A DNA stretch of 64,000 nt from Thiotrichales bacterium (lineage in GTDB: Bacteria; Pseudomonadota; Gammaproteobacteria; Francisellales; CACEW01). The notes under the pieces are model-generated. The model saw only the letters and a program-made list of their open reading frames with translations, made no database searches and had not been told where the DNA came from. A program made the position numbers and the translations under genes. This document shows positions 47,178 through 56,772 of this stretch, piece by piece. Within the stretch, counting starts at the first letter, position 1; each line of letters opens with the position of its first letter. The stretch spans positions 6,145-70,144 of the forward strand of contig CANJUQ010000005.1 in the NCBI GenBank assembly GCA_947478175.1, written 5' to 3'.

Positions 47178-48452
47178 ATGACCAAAAATATCCAAGCCAT
47201 TCGTGGCATGAATGATTTATTACCCAGCCAGTCCGGACTTTGGGGATTTCTAGAACAGACTTTACGAGACTTAGCCAAACAATATGGTTATTCAGAAATC
47301 AGAACACCTATTTTGGAATCCACGGATTTATTTAAGCGCTCGATTGGCGATGTGACGGACATTGTCGAAAAAGAAATGTACACGTTTGAAGATCGTAATG
47401 GAGACTCTTTAAGTTTAAGACCTGAAGGAACGGCATCCATTGTCAGAGCCGGGATCGAACATGGTCTGCTTTATAATCAAACTCAGAAGCTTTGGTACAT
47501 GGGGCCGATGTATCGACATGAACGTCCTCAAAAAGGGCGGTATAGACAGTTTCATCAGTTTGGTTTGGAAGCCTATGGTTTTGCAGGCGCCGGTGCTGAA
47601 GCTGAAATCATGATGTTCGCTCAAAGATTATTTAAAAAATTAGATTTGTTATCCCATGTGTCTCTCGAGATTAATACTTTGGGAAGTTTAATAGAGCGCC
47701 AAAATTATAAAGAAATCTTGGTTAATTATTTTACAAGCCATGAGAGTGAATTAGACGAAGATTCCAAAAATAGGCTGCACAGAAATCCATTAAGAATCTT
47801 AGATAGCAAAAATTTAGCCATGCAGGATTTGATTAATCAAGCGCCAAAATTAATCGATTATTTAGGCCCTGAGTCTTTAGAAAGATTTAAAAATTTTAAA
47901 AATTATCTGGAAGCTGTCGGAATTAAATACACTGTTAATACCCGATTAGTAAGAGGCTTAGATTACTACGCGCATACTGTTTTTGAATGGGTGACGAATA
48001 GTTTGGGTGCTCAAGGGACGGTGCTAGCAGGCGGTTGTTATGACGGCCTAGTTGAACAGTTGGGTGGACAGGCAACATCAGCGGTCGGATGTGCGCTGGG
48101 TATAGAGCGTGTGATTTTATTATTAGAAAATTTAAATCTTGTGCAGGTTCAAAATAACCCGTTAGATATTTATTGGATCGTCGTGGGAGAGTCAGCTTTG
48201 GCTAAAGCCTTTGAGCTAACTGAAAAATTAAGAGACTCACAGCCAGATTTAAAAATAGAAATTAATTTATCGGGTGGCAGTTTTAAAAATCAATTTAAAA
48301 AAGCAGATAAATCAGGGGCTAGATTGGGCCTAGTTTTGGCAGAAGATGAATTAAAAAATAATCAGGTTTTGATTAAATTTTTAAGAGAAGAAAAAGAGCA
48401 GATTGCTGTGAGTTTTGAGGGATTCTGCCAGTATTTTGATTGCATAGATTGA
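47178..48452 (+). CDS. hisS: Histidine-tRNA ligase
   Basis: [38 protein letters not shown]. Confidence 0.95.
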   Translation: MTKNIQAIRGMNDLLPSQSGLWGFLEQTLRDLAKQYGYSEIRTPILESTDLFKRSIGDVTDIVEKEMYTFEDRNGDSLSLRPEGTASIVRAGIEHGLLYNQTQKLWYMGPMYRHERPQKGRYRQFHQFGLEAYGFAGAGAEAEIMMFAQRLFKKLDLLSHVSLEINTLGSLIERQNYKEILVNYFTSHESELDEDSKNRLHRNPLRILDSKNLAMQDLINQAPKLIDYLGPESLERFKNFKNYLEAVGIKYTVNTRLVRGLDYYAHTVFEWVTNSLGAQGTVLAGGCYDGLVEQLGGQATSAVGCALGIERVILLLENLNLVQVQNNPLDIYWIVVGESALAKAFELTEKLRDSQPDLKIEINLSGGSFKNQFKKADKSGARLGLVLAEDELKNNQVLIKFLREEKEQIAVSFEGFCQYFDCID

Positions 48453-48460
48453 TGGTTTCC

Positions 48461-48586
48461 GTAGGGGCGGACCTGTGTGTCCGCCCGCAAAAAAAGGGGC
48501 ATCAATAAAATAAAAAATGGGCATCAATAAAATAAAAAATGGGCATCAATAAAATAAAAAAAGGGCGCAATGAATTGCGCCCCTAC
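48461..48586. repeat. REPIN whose spacer holds a 22-bp x 3 tandem repeat (48497-48562)
   Basis: GTAGGGGCGGACCTGTGTGTCCGCCC at 48461-48486. Three copies of gggcatcaataaaataaaaaat follow. An inverted variant REP at 48563-48586 reads GTAGGGGCGCAATTCATTGCGCCC on the minus strand. Confidence 0.85.
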
Positions 48587-48600
48587 AGGAAATTTTTTTC

Positions 48601-49092
48601 ATGATACTGATTAAGAAACTCTCCCTCTCTGATTTACCCGCCTACAAAACCCTTCGTCTTGAAGCCCTGGTTTCTCACCCAGAAGCTTTTTTATCGTCGT
48701 TTGAAGAAGAAAATGTTTTAAGCCTGGAAGCCTGGGAAGAAAAATTTAAAACTAATCACTATTTCGGGGTGTTTACTCCTGAAAATAAACTGGTTGGCAT
48801 TGCCGGTTTTTTTATAGAAAAAAATTTCAAATCGACTCATCGCGGTGTTTTATTTTCTGTGTATGTTCAGCCGGAATATAGAGGCTTGGGATTGGCTAAA
48901 AAATTAGTTGAAGCTGTTTTGGATTTTGCAAAATCTCAAGTCGAGCAAGTGCATTTAACCGTCACAGTCGGGAATGATGGGGCTAAGAAAATCTATGAGT
49001 CTTTAGGTTTTGAATTATATGGCGTGGATCCCATGGCAATAAAAATTAAAGATCAATATTTTGATGAAAATTTGATGGTTTTAAGATTTTAA
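48601..49092 (+). CDS. GNAT family N-acetyltransferase
   Basis: VQPEYRGLGLAKKLVE is motif A. Confidence 0.8.
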   Translation: MILIKKLSLSDLPAYKTLRLEALVSHPEAFLSSFEEENVLSLEAWEEKFKTNHYFGVFTPENKLVGIAGFFIEKNFKSTHRGVLFSVYVQPEYRGLGLAKKLVEAVLDFAKSQVEQVHLTVTVGNDGAKKIYESLGFELYGVDPMAIKIKDQYFDENLMVLRF

Positions 49093-50147
49093 AATCTAAA
49101 CGGATTAAATTTAGTTTTGATATCAAAATAATCTTCATGGTCGCTTTTCTTAAGATAATTAACCACGGCATAAGTAATGGGCGTCGCCAGAATTTCAATG
49201 CCTACTTTGATGGCGTATTGCCATTGGGTGATATTTACAATAATTGAAAAAGGCAGAACGCCTGTAAAAGCAATTAAGTTAAAAATTAAACTATCTACTA
49301 AGTTTCCAATAACCGTCGAACTAACAGTCCGAGTCCAGAGCCAACGGCCCTGAGTGAGAATTTTTAATTTGGCCAAAATAAAAGAGTTTAAAAATTCGCC
49401 GCACAGAAAACCGCAGATAGATGCAAAGACAATACGTGGGATATTTCCTGCAATAATTTGATAAGCCGTTTGTAGATGCCAAGCAGAATCTCCAGGCAGC
49501 CAGGTACTAATTTGTAATAAAAAGACCATTGCAAGATTACAAAATAAGCCTGACCAGATCAGTCTTCTTGAAACGCCATAGCCATAGACTTCTGTAAAAA
49601 TATTATTAAATAAATAAGTGATAGGAAAATAAAGTGTCCCGACATCGACTGAAATAATTTTCCACTGGATAACTTTTTGAGTGGTGATATTGGAGACTAA
49701 TAAAATGCCTACGAAGACCATGCTAATCCAGGTTAGATGGCGATAACGAGGTGGGGAAAGTATTTTTGTTTTTGAGAAAAATAAAGAAAAAAACAAAATA
49801 ATTAAAAAAATAATAAGTAAGCCAACTATGAGAAATCCCAAAGTATTGGGGCTGATTTTTAAAATTTGTGCATAGGCTGTTTGAAAAGGCCAAGTAGGCG
49901 TGGCTGGAAGCGCAATGGCAAAGTGAAAAATTCCAAAGGTTCCTAAAAGAACAAACATTAAAAATAAAAATCGCAGGATTAATGCTTTTTTATTAATTTT
50001 GAGGCCAAGAAAAATTCCCAGTAACAAAATCAAAAACAAGGGAATCAGTGCAGCATTGATAGATCCCAATAAAATTTTCTGAGAAAGAATCATGGCAGTA
50101 ATAGTCAGTGTGACCATGAGCATGGCGGAGAGGGTTTGAAAGTTCAT
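49089..50147 (-). CDS. YhhQ/VUT-family (queuosine-precursor) transporter with an extra ~125-aa N-terminal TM extension
   Basis: The C-terminal two thirds carry GTLYFPITYLFNNIFTEVYGYGVSRRLIW, which is typical of YhhQ/DUF165. Confidence 0.65.
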   Translation of the reverse strand: MNFQTLSAMLMVTLTITAMILSQKILLGSINAALIPLFLILLLGIFLGLKINKKALILRFLFLMFVLLGTFGIFHFAIALPATPTWPFQTAYAQILKISPNTLGFLIVGLLIIFLIILFFSLFFSKTKILSPPRYRHLTWISMVFVGILLVSNITTQKVIQWKIISVDVGTLYFPITYLFNNIFTEVYGYGVSRRLIWSGLFCNLAMVFLLQISTWLPGDSAWHLQTAYQIIAGNIPRIVFASICGFLCGEFLNSFILAKLKILTQGRWLWTRTVSSTVIGNLVDSLIFNLIAFTGVLPFSIIVNITQWQYAIKVGIEILATPITYAVVNYLKKSDHEDYFDIKTKFNPFRF

Positions 50148-50216
50148 AGGGATAGAATTTTTAATTTAAAAAAAGAGGCGAGGATTTTAAGGGGGCGAGG
50201 GGTATATTGGAACGGT

Positions 50217-50241
50217 GTAGGGGCGAATCTTGTATTCGCCC
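50217..50241 (+). repeat. REP element
   Basis: GTAGGGGCGAATCTTGTATTCGCCC. Confidence 0.85.
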
Positions 50242-50267
50242 ATAAAAAGAATCGAACATTACATTAA

Positions 50268-51467
50268 TTACTCAGATCTCAAAGTCTCAATTGGGTCTAA
50301 CTGTGAAGCTTTATAGGCTGGGTAAAAACCAAAGAAAATCCCAATCAAAATAGTCACTATGCAGCCCAAAATGGGAGGCAAGAAAAAAATTGCAAAAGGC
50401 CACGATTTTATAAAAGCGACGGTATAAGCAATGGCTATGCCCAAAATCATGCCCGCGATTCCGCCAAATAAAGACAACACAATGGCTTCGATTAAAAACT
50501 GTAAGATTATATCTTTGTTTTTAGCCCCAACAGCTTTGCGAATGCCAATCTCTCGATGCCGTTCGGCGACGGAAACTAACATGATATTCATGATGCCAAT
50601 CCCGCCGACTAACAAAGAAATTCCGCCAATCAGTGCTAAAAGCAAGGTCATGGTTTCTGAAGATTGAGCCATGGAGTCAATTAAACTTTTGGGGCTTCGG
50701 ATAATAATTTCTTGATGGCGAGTATGAGATTTTATATAGATTTTTATCTGCTCTTCTGTTTTCGAAAGTTCTTGGGTGGTTTTAATTCGAAGGGCAATAT
50801 TATCGACAGAAGAATTTTTTTGACTGCCCAGAGCGGTTGAGAGTGGAATTAAAATAGAGCTATTAAAATCCGTATTGAAAAAAAAGTTAGTTGGCCAAGG
50901 TTTTAATATCCCAACGATTGTAAAAATATTATTGCCAATTTGGATTTGAGTATTTAAGAGTGATTCTGGTGATTTTTGATGGGACTCTGTCAGGACTCTT
51001 TTGGCTAAATCTTGGCCCAAGACACAGAAATAATCATTGGTATCTAGAAAGCTTAAGAGTCTTCCGTTCTGTAAAGAAAGCTGAGCAATATTAAACATGG
51101 CGGGTGTAATGCCTACAGCGGTAGCGTTTTCACTGTTGCCTTGATAGATCACATTGCCATAGTCCCCGGTGTAGGGTGCGATGAGAGAAATATTAGGGGA
51201 GCTGTGAATTAAATTTTCAGCGTCGTCTAAGTGCAAACTGTCATGAATGTTGGGGGCTGAATATTCATCGCCTTGGCTATAAATAGACACGGCTAATAGA
51301 TTAATGCCTAGGGATCTGAATTGCGCCAAGATTTGGTTTTCAGCCAATTGGCCAATGAAGACCATGGCGACCAGAGAGGCTGTTCCGACCAAGATGCCGA
51401 GGACCGCTAAAAAAGCCCGAAGTTTTGAAGAAAGCAGTTGTCGAATGGCTTCTCTGAAATGGATCAT
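50268..51467 (-). CDS. MacB-type ABC transporter permease (periplasmic core domain plus FtsX), no NBD
   Basis: N-terminal TM, ~220-aa periplasmic domain, and a C-terminal FtsX block GGIGIMNIMLVSVAERHREIGIRKAVGA. No Walker motifs. Confidence 0.8.
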   Translation of the reverse strand: MIHFREAIRQLLSSKLRAFLAVLGILVGTASLVAMVFIGQLAENQILAQFRSLGINLLAVSIYSQGDEYSAPNIHDSLHLDDAENLIHSSPNISLIAPYTGDYGNVIYQGNSENATAVGITPAMFNIAQLSLQNGRLLSFLDTNDYFCVLGQDLAKRVLTESHQKSPESLLNTQIQIGNNIFTIVGILKPWPTNFFFNTDFNSSILIPLSTALGSQKNSSVDNIALRIKTTQELSKTEEQIKIYIKSHTRHQEIIIRSPKSLIDSMAQSSETMTLLLALIGGISLLVGGIGIMNIMLVSVAERHREIGIRKAVGAKNKDIILQFLIEAIVLSLFGGIAGMILGIAIAYTVAFIKSWPFAIFFLPPILGCIVTILIGIFFGFYPAYKASQLDPIETLRSE

Positions 51468-51521
51468 GTTAATGGACCGTCATTTTTAGAAGAGAGAATC
51501 CAAATTAAAAAAACCTTTTTT

Positions 51522-52754
51522 TTACGAGGGCAATACAATTTGTTCTCCCTGAATTAATCCAGATAAAACTTGAACAGAAGTCGCCATGATTTTACCCGTC
51601 GTAATAATTTGAGGGCTTAATTTTTTTGTGCTGGGGTCATAAAGTTGGACCATGCTTTGGTTTTTAGAATTTTGTGTGACGGCTTGTATGGGGACAGTGA
51701 TTTGCTGATTTTCTTGATAAACCTGAATCGCTAACTGGGCGTCCATACCTGATCGAATCCATTTTTTCTGTTCAGGCGTGAGAGTCTTAACAATGGCGAC
51801 TGCTGGAAAAGTTGGTAAAGAACCGCCGTCTGAAGACGATGCCTGAGCGCCAACTTCAGACACAAGGCCCTGTAAAATAATATTCGGGAAGCCAGCACCT
51901 GTAATGCTCACAGGTTGGCCTGAGTTAATCTGGTTAATATTAATTTCGGGAATATCAAAATTAATTTGTAGGCCAGACATATCTCCAATGTTCATTAAGA
52001 CTTGTTGATATTGGACGCTAGATCCCACATCGATTTTTCCTGAAGTGGTTTTTTGAGAATTTCCTGAACTAGAGACTTGATTCCCTGTGGGTTCTAAAAT
52101 AATGCCATCAGCAGGAGCTAAGACAGTATGTGCATCGACTTGGGCTTGGAGGGACTCATATTTATCTTGATCCACTTGAAGGGCCAATTGTGCAGCGGTC
52201 AAATTATCGCCAGTGCCGCGAGCCATGACATCTGAGAGGGCTCGTTCAGATTGTTTTTCACTGCTCTGAGAATCGTAATAGCTATCTCGACTTTGGTTTA
52301 AATCGTTCAGAGAAATAATGCCCAATTGATAGAGTTTTTGATTTTCTTCCCAGGTGTTTTTGCTTTCGGTGAGGGCTCTTTTAGATTTAGTTAAACTCTC
52401 TTGGGCATTGATGACATCGTCAGAGCTATTCCAATTTAATTTATTTTGATAGTCATCGAGGGCTTTTAAATAGGCCACCTGAGCCTCTCGCATGTCGTTT
52501 TGAATTTTGGCGGACTGAATATGGAGTAAATTTTTGTTTTTTTGAATGACCTGGCCGTAAATGAAATTTTTCTGATCAACCACACCTTCTGTTGGGCTAA
52601 TAACAGGGGTGTTTTTAATCGGTGAAATAGTCCCTGAATAATAAAGCGTCTGACTAATATTGTTTTGGCCGACGGTATAAAGATTAGGTTGTGAAGCGGC
52701 ATAAGTGATAACAGAGATAAAAAATATTATTAGGAAAGTTTTTATTTTGAACAT
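51522..52754 (-). CDS. Periplasmic adaptor (HlyD/MFP family)
   Basis: Signal/anchor, then a lipoyl-like segment (ISPTEGVV), then a long coiled-coil hairpin, then a beta-barrel (VLAPADGIILEP). Confidence 0.8.
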   Translation of the reverse strand: MFKIKTFLIIFFISVITYAASQPNLYTVGQNNISQTLYYSGTISPIKNTPVISPTEGVVDQKNFIYGQVIQKNKNLLHIQSAKIQNDMREAQVAYLKALDDYQNKLNWNSSDDVINAQESLTKSKRALTESKNTWEENQKLYQLGIISLNDLNQSRDSYYDSQSSEKQSERALSDVMARGTGDNLTAAQLALQVDQDKYESLQAQVDAHTVLAPADGIILEPTGNQVSSSGNSQKTTSGKIDVGSSVQYQQVLMNIGDMSGLQINFDIPEININQINSGQPVSITGAGFPNIILQGLVSEVGAQASSSDGGSLPTFPAVAIVKTLTPEQKKWIRSGMDAQLAIQVYQENQQITVPIQAVTQNSKNQSMVQLYDPSTKKLSPQIITTGKIMATSVQVLSGLIQGEQIVLPS

Positions 52755-52759
52755 AATTT

Positions 52760-54373
52760 TTAACTTCTTTTTAGATTATTTTGAGTATTTTGAGTGGTGA
52801 CATTCACATGCCAGTGATCTAGCAAAGTCCCGACAAGCTGTTCATAGGCCATATATTGTTTGAGATAAGAAATTTTAAGATCCACGACGTTTTGTTCAGA
52901 ATCAATGGCACTTTGTTGCTGCTGTTGAAGAGAAAAAGCGTCGATTTTCCCATAGTGATATTCGACTTGGGCGGCTTTAAAAGAAGCTTGGGATAGGGTC
53001 AGTTTTTCTTGAGAAATTTGGAGCTGTAACCATTGGCTTTGTAAATTATGAACAGCTGAAATGACATTGTTTATCACCGTTCTTTTTTCTTGAGCTTCAG
53101 AAATTTGCTGATTTTCTAACGCAATGGCTGAAGAGAGTTCTGTTTGATCGAGAGTGACTTGGTTTAAAGGAATCGACAGATTTAAAGCGACTGAAGAATT
53201 ACTAGATAGCTGAGAAGTGTCTTGTGAGTCAGGATCATCGTAGTCTGTGTCAGAATGAGAGCGGGCACCGCTGACCACTAGATTAAGTTGCCAGAGTCGA
53301 GAGTTCTGACTTTTTTTGATATTTCTCGAATCTTGTTCGGATTGAAGCGCTTGAATTTTTAAATCAATATTATTTTTGAGGGCTGATTTTAAACTTTCTG
53401 AAAGATCAAAAGTTGGGGGTTTTATGTCTACTTGGTCTTCGACGGAAAAACGGGTTTCTGGTGGTAAACCCAGGGTATTTAAAAAATCAGCTTTTGCTGT
53501 CGATAAAGCCTCGCTCGCAGATTCCAGAGATTGTTGTTGTGTCATTAAATCAATCTGAGCTTGAGTGACGTCAGTCGCTGGAATTTGCCCAGCGGCGAGT
53601 TTTGCCTGGCGTTTTGTTAATTCTTTTTGGGCGTTGTCAAAACTGCGTTCGGAAATTTGATAAGACTGCTCAGCTGCCGCAACGGCATAGTACGCATTTG
53701 CGACGTTGATAATGGTTGTTTGGGTTGTTTTTCTGAGCGTTAAGTCATCGATGATTTGTTGATCATAAGCATTGTTTAAATCGACTTCGTTGACGGCTGT
53801 TCCAAAATTTTGAAGAAGAGGCTGCGTGACCGTGATTGAATAACCAAATTGATCGCTGGAATACGCGGCAGTGCCCGATTGATGAGTGGGGTCATAATTC
53901 ACACTCGTTTGAAGTTGTGTCCCCAGCGGTAGGGTCCAGGTCATGCCAGGGCCAACGGATGCAGATTGTGTCGCGAAGTCAGGGGTTCCTGCATCAGAAG
54001 TCTTCGCGTAGGTAATTGAATTATTGAGGGTGAATTGAGGCTGGAATTTTTGTTCAGCCGTCAGTAAATCAAAATTTTGTAATTGGCGATTATTTAAACT
54101 GGTGAGTAAATCCGTGTTATGTCTCAGGCCTAGATAAATAGCTTGTTGAAGGGTGAGGTCGCTTTGAAGTTCCAATGGGATGGGGGTGTTTGGAATAACT
54201 GGGGCTGAGAGGGAAACAGTCACGGCTTTAGTAGGCAAAAAAGGAGGCTGGTCTGGAAAATTTTGAATATTGTTTTGAGTATTATTTTGGGTTTGATTTT
54301 GATTGAGTGAATCATTCGCGAAAATAAAAAAAGGTGTCATGGCGAGCAAGAGAAATAAGGCTACGCGTAACAC
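52760..54373 (-). CDS. TolC-family outer membrane channel
   Basis: Signal peptide, [18 protein letters not shown] (OEP motif), duplicated helical repeats. GTG start. Confidence 0.8.
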   Translation of the reverse strand: MLRVALFLLLAMTPFFIFANDSLNQNQTQNNTQNNIQNFPDQPPFLPTKAVTVSLSAPVIPNTPIPLELQSDLTLQQAIYLGLRHNTDLLTSLNNRQLQNFDLLTAEQKFQPQFTLNNSITYAKTSDAGTPDFATQSASVGPGMTWTLPLGTQLQTSVNYDPTHQSGTAAYSSDQFGYSITVTQPLLQNFGTAVNEVDLNNAYDQQIIDDLTLRKTTQTTIINVANAYYAVAAAEQSYQISERSFDNAQKELTKRQAKLAAGQIPATDVTQAQIDLMTQQQSLESASEALSTAKADFLNTLGLPPETRFSVEDQVDIKPPTFDLSESLKSALKNNIDLKIQALQSEQDSRNIKKSQNSRLWQLNLVVSGARSHSDTDYDDPDSQDTSQLSSNSSVALNLSIPLNQVTLDQTELSSAIALENQQISEAQEKRTVINNVISAVHNLQSQWLQLQISQEKLTLSQASFKAAQVEYHYGKIDAFSLQQQQQSAIDSEQNVVDLKISYLKQYMAYEQLVGTLLDHWHVNVTTQNTQNNLKRS

Positions 54374-54492
54374 GATCTTGCAGAATCCTAGGGGTTGTCA
54401 AAAAAGAAGTGCACGAGTGTAAAGGAAAGCAGGTTAAGCAATCAAAGAAATTATTAGATAGAATCGCGCGCTTTGTTTTGCAGGGAAAAACT

Positions 54493-55530
54493 ATGATTGA
54501 GTTTGATGGATTATCTGAAGAATTTTCTGAGAGTTTAGTAAAAAGCGATTTACAGCCAGAAGAATTAATGATTGATCGAGCGATCAGACCTCAGTCTTTA
54601 GATGACTACGAGGGCCAGCAGCCTGTGAGAGACCAGATGCGGATTTTTATTGAAGCCGCAAAACAAAGACAAGATGCGTTAGATCATGTTTTGATTTTCG
54701 GGCCGCCTGGTTTAGGCAAAACAACGCTGTGTCATATTATTGCGCACGAAATGAACGTGTCTCTTAAACAAACTTCTGGGCCTGTCTTAGAAAAGCCAGG
54801 AGACCTAGCGGCCTTATTAACTAATTTAGAGCCCAATGATGTTTTATTTATTGATGAGATTCATAGGCTCAGTCCCGTCGTCGAAGAAGTGTTATATCCG
54901 GCGATGGAAGATTATAAATTGGACATCATGATCGGAGAGGGCCCAGCTGCAAGGTCAATTAGATTAGATCTTCCCCCTTTTACGTTAATTGGTGCAACGA
55001 CAAGAGCGGGGTTGCTCACGTCGCCTTTAAGAGACCGCTTTGGAATCGTTCAAAGATTAGAGTTTTATGCGATTGAAGATTTGAAAAATATTATTGAAAG
55101 ATCCGCTCGAATTTTAAATTTAAATTTAGATCCTTCAGGGGCATTAGAAATTGCCAAAAGATCTCGAGGGACGCCTCGGATTGCAAATAGATTATTAAGA
55201 CGAGTGAGAGATTTTGCACAAATTAAATCACAGGGAATAATCTCGCGAGAGGTTGCTGACGCAGCACTGAAATTATTAAATATCGATGCGCTAGGTTTTG
55301 ATCAAATGGATATTAAATTTTTAGATTTATTAATTAATAAATTTTCTGGAGGCCCCGTTGGCTTAGATAATTTAGCCGCAGCGATGGGTGAAGAACGAGG
55401 GACATTAGAAGACGTTCTTGAGCCGTACTTAATTCAGCAAGGATTTATTAATAGAACACCGAGAGGGCGTTTGGCGATGCCTAGAGCGATTGAGCATTTG
55501 AGTAAATTAAATACTCTCCAAAATAACTAA
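54493..55530 (+). CDS. ruvB: Holliday junction branch migration helicase RuvB
   Basis: MIEFDG...[18 protein letters not shown] and [13 protein letters not shown] are collinear with E. coli RuvB. I prefer the start at 54493 over the track start at 54334, which overlaps the tolC-like gene. Confidence 0.93.
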   Translation: MIEFDGLSEEFSESLVKSDLQPEELMIDRAIRPQSLDDYEGQQPVRDQMRIFIEAAKQRQDALDHVLIFGPPGLGKTTLCHIIAHEMNVSLKQTSGPVLEKPGDLAALLTNLEPNDVLFIDEIHRLSPVVEEVLYPAMEDYKLDIMIGEGPAARSIRLDLPPFTLIGATTRAGLLTSPLRDRFGIVQRLEFYAIEDLKNIIERSARILNLNLDPSGALEIAKRSRGTPRIANRLLRRVRDFAQIKSQGIISREVADAALKLLNIDALGFDQMDIKFLDLLINKFSGGPVGLDNLAAAMGEERGTLEDVLEPYLIQQGFINRTPRGRLAMPRAIEHLSKLNTLQNN

Positions 55531-55558
55531 GCCCAGCAGAATTGCTTCAACTGGGCTT
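55529..55558. terminator. Hairpin between the convergent ruvB and 55656..56000 genes
   Basis: aagcccag-N14-ctgggctt. There is no clear T-run. Confidence 0.3.
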
Positions 55559-55655
55559 AGGAGGAGTGTGCAGTTGTTTAGACTGCGGGCGGAATGCTAA
55601 GTTAAAAAATAGATGATTGCAATTGAATTATTTCCTAAATATTTTTTAGTTTTTC

Positions 55656-56000
55656 TTAGCGTTTTATTCCATAGTTTGTGGGCTTAGGAACAGCGGCTTG
55701 TTGATAGGCTCGCTGATGATTTTTTTGATAGATCGCGTTCAAATAAATTGGATCAAAAAATATGTTTGCTGACTGATAGCGGGCGACTCGAGAATCTAGT
55801 TGAATCGTTATGTCTATTGTGCAGGGCAATAATGTTAGATATTCAGGTGCCCCACCGGCATGTCCTGAAACTGCAGGGGTCCCAAAAAATGGTGCTGCAG
55901 TGGCTGAGCAATCTTGAGAAGACACAAACAAGGGTGAATCTTGAGCATAGATTTCATTTAAATTGATAATTTTAGAAGTGTGAAAGTCAGATCCGGACAT
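55656..56000 (-). CDS. Orphan protein (114 aa), MSG N-terminus
   Basis: Strong RBS AAAAGGAGCTTCTTCCATGTCCGGA. No family recognised. Confidence 0.5.
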   Translation of the reverse strand: MSGSDFHTSKIINLNEIYAQDSPLFVSSQDCSATAAPFFGTPAVSGHAGGAPEYLTLLPCTIDITIQLDSRVARYQSANIFFDPIYLNAIYQKNHQRAYQQAAVPKPTNYGIKR

Positions 56001-56113
56001 GGAAGAAGCTCCTTTTAATTTTTATTTGTAATTTATGTTTTTGTATTAACATAGAACCAAAAAAGCTTGAAGCCTTTGTGGGGCGCGGAGTCTAAATCTA
56101 AATAGACGCCGAG

Positions 56114-56129
56114 ATCCAGGATCCTGGAT
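56114..56129. promoter_or_regulatory. Perfect 16-bp palindrome in the divergent region between the orphan gene and the tRNA operon
   Basis: atccaggatcctggat is its own reverse complement. Confidence 0.4.
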
Positions 56130-56182
56130 ATTTTAAATAGAAGATCTAAGAAAAATAAATTCAAGTTTGAATCTGGTTTGGA

Positions 56183-56211
56183 TTGACACTGAAAAACCTG
56201 CTCTGTAAGAT
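56183..56211 (+). promoter_or_regulatory. Sigma70 promoter of the tRNA Pro-Arg-His-Leu operon
   Basis: TTGACA (56183-56188), 17-nt spacer, TAAGAT (56206-56211), then a GC-rich discriminator TCGCGGGC. Confidence 0.6.
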
Positions 56212-56225
56212 TCGCGGGCTTTTTT

Positions 56226-56302
56226 CGGGGTATAGCGCAGCCTGGTAGCGCGCTTGCTTTGGGAGCAAGATGTCGAGAGTTCAAATCCCTCTACCCCGAC
56301 CA
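56226..56302 (+). tRNA. tRNA-Pro (UGG)
   Basis: CGGGGTA.../...TACCCCGACCA. Anticodon loop CTTTGGGA. Confidence 0.93.
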
Positions 56303-56330
56303 AATTATTGAAAGAAGTAAAGAGTAACGA

Positions 56331-56407
56331 GCGCCCGTAGCTCATCTGGATAGAGCATCGACCTTCTAAGCCGAGGGTAGCAGGTTCGAATCCTGCCGGG
56401 CGCGCCA
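56331..56407 (+). tRNA. tRNA-Arg (UCU)
   Basis: GCGCCCGTAGCTCATCTGGATAGAGCATCGACCTTCTAAGCCGAGG... resembles E. coli argU. Anticodon is TCT. Confidence 0.93.
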
Positions 56408-56434
56408 GATTTTGTATGTTGTGAGATTTTTAAT

Positions 56435-56511
56435 GGTGGATGTAGCTCAGTTGGTAGAGTCCCGGATTGTGATTCCGGTCGCCGTGGGTTCAAGTCCCAT
56501 CATCCACCCCA
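56435..56511 (+). tRNA. tRNA-His (GUG)
   Basis: Has the extra 5' G(-1). GGTGGATGTAGCTCAGTTGGTAGAGTCCCGGATTGTGATTCCGG...CCACCCCA. Confidence 0.95.
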
Positions 56512-56535
56512 TGTCTTGATTGTTTTCTAGCCCAT

Positions 56536-56620
<85 letters not shown>

Positions 56621-56772
56621 AATTCTTAAATTTATTTACTATATCCCCAGTTTTTTTTGGGGGCTTTCTAGACATCGAGCATCGATCTCCGTAAACTCTG
56701 CGCCCGAATTTAAGCCGCTCTTTAAGCAATTTATGGCTTCAAAGATCTAGATATATAAATAGGGAATAGAAC

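Noticed and set aside
48497-48562. Possible CRISPR array (regular 22-bp repeats).
   Set aside because: The repeats are contiguous with no spacers, AT-rich and only three in number, and no cas genes are present. This is a simple tandem repeat inside a REPIN.
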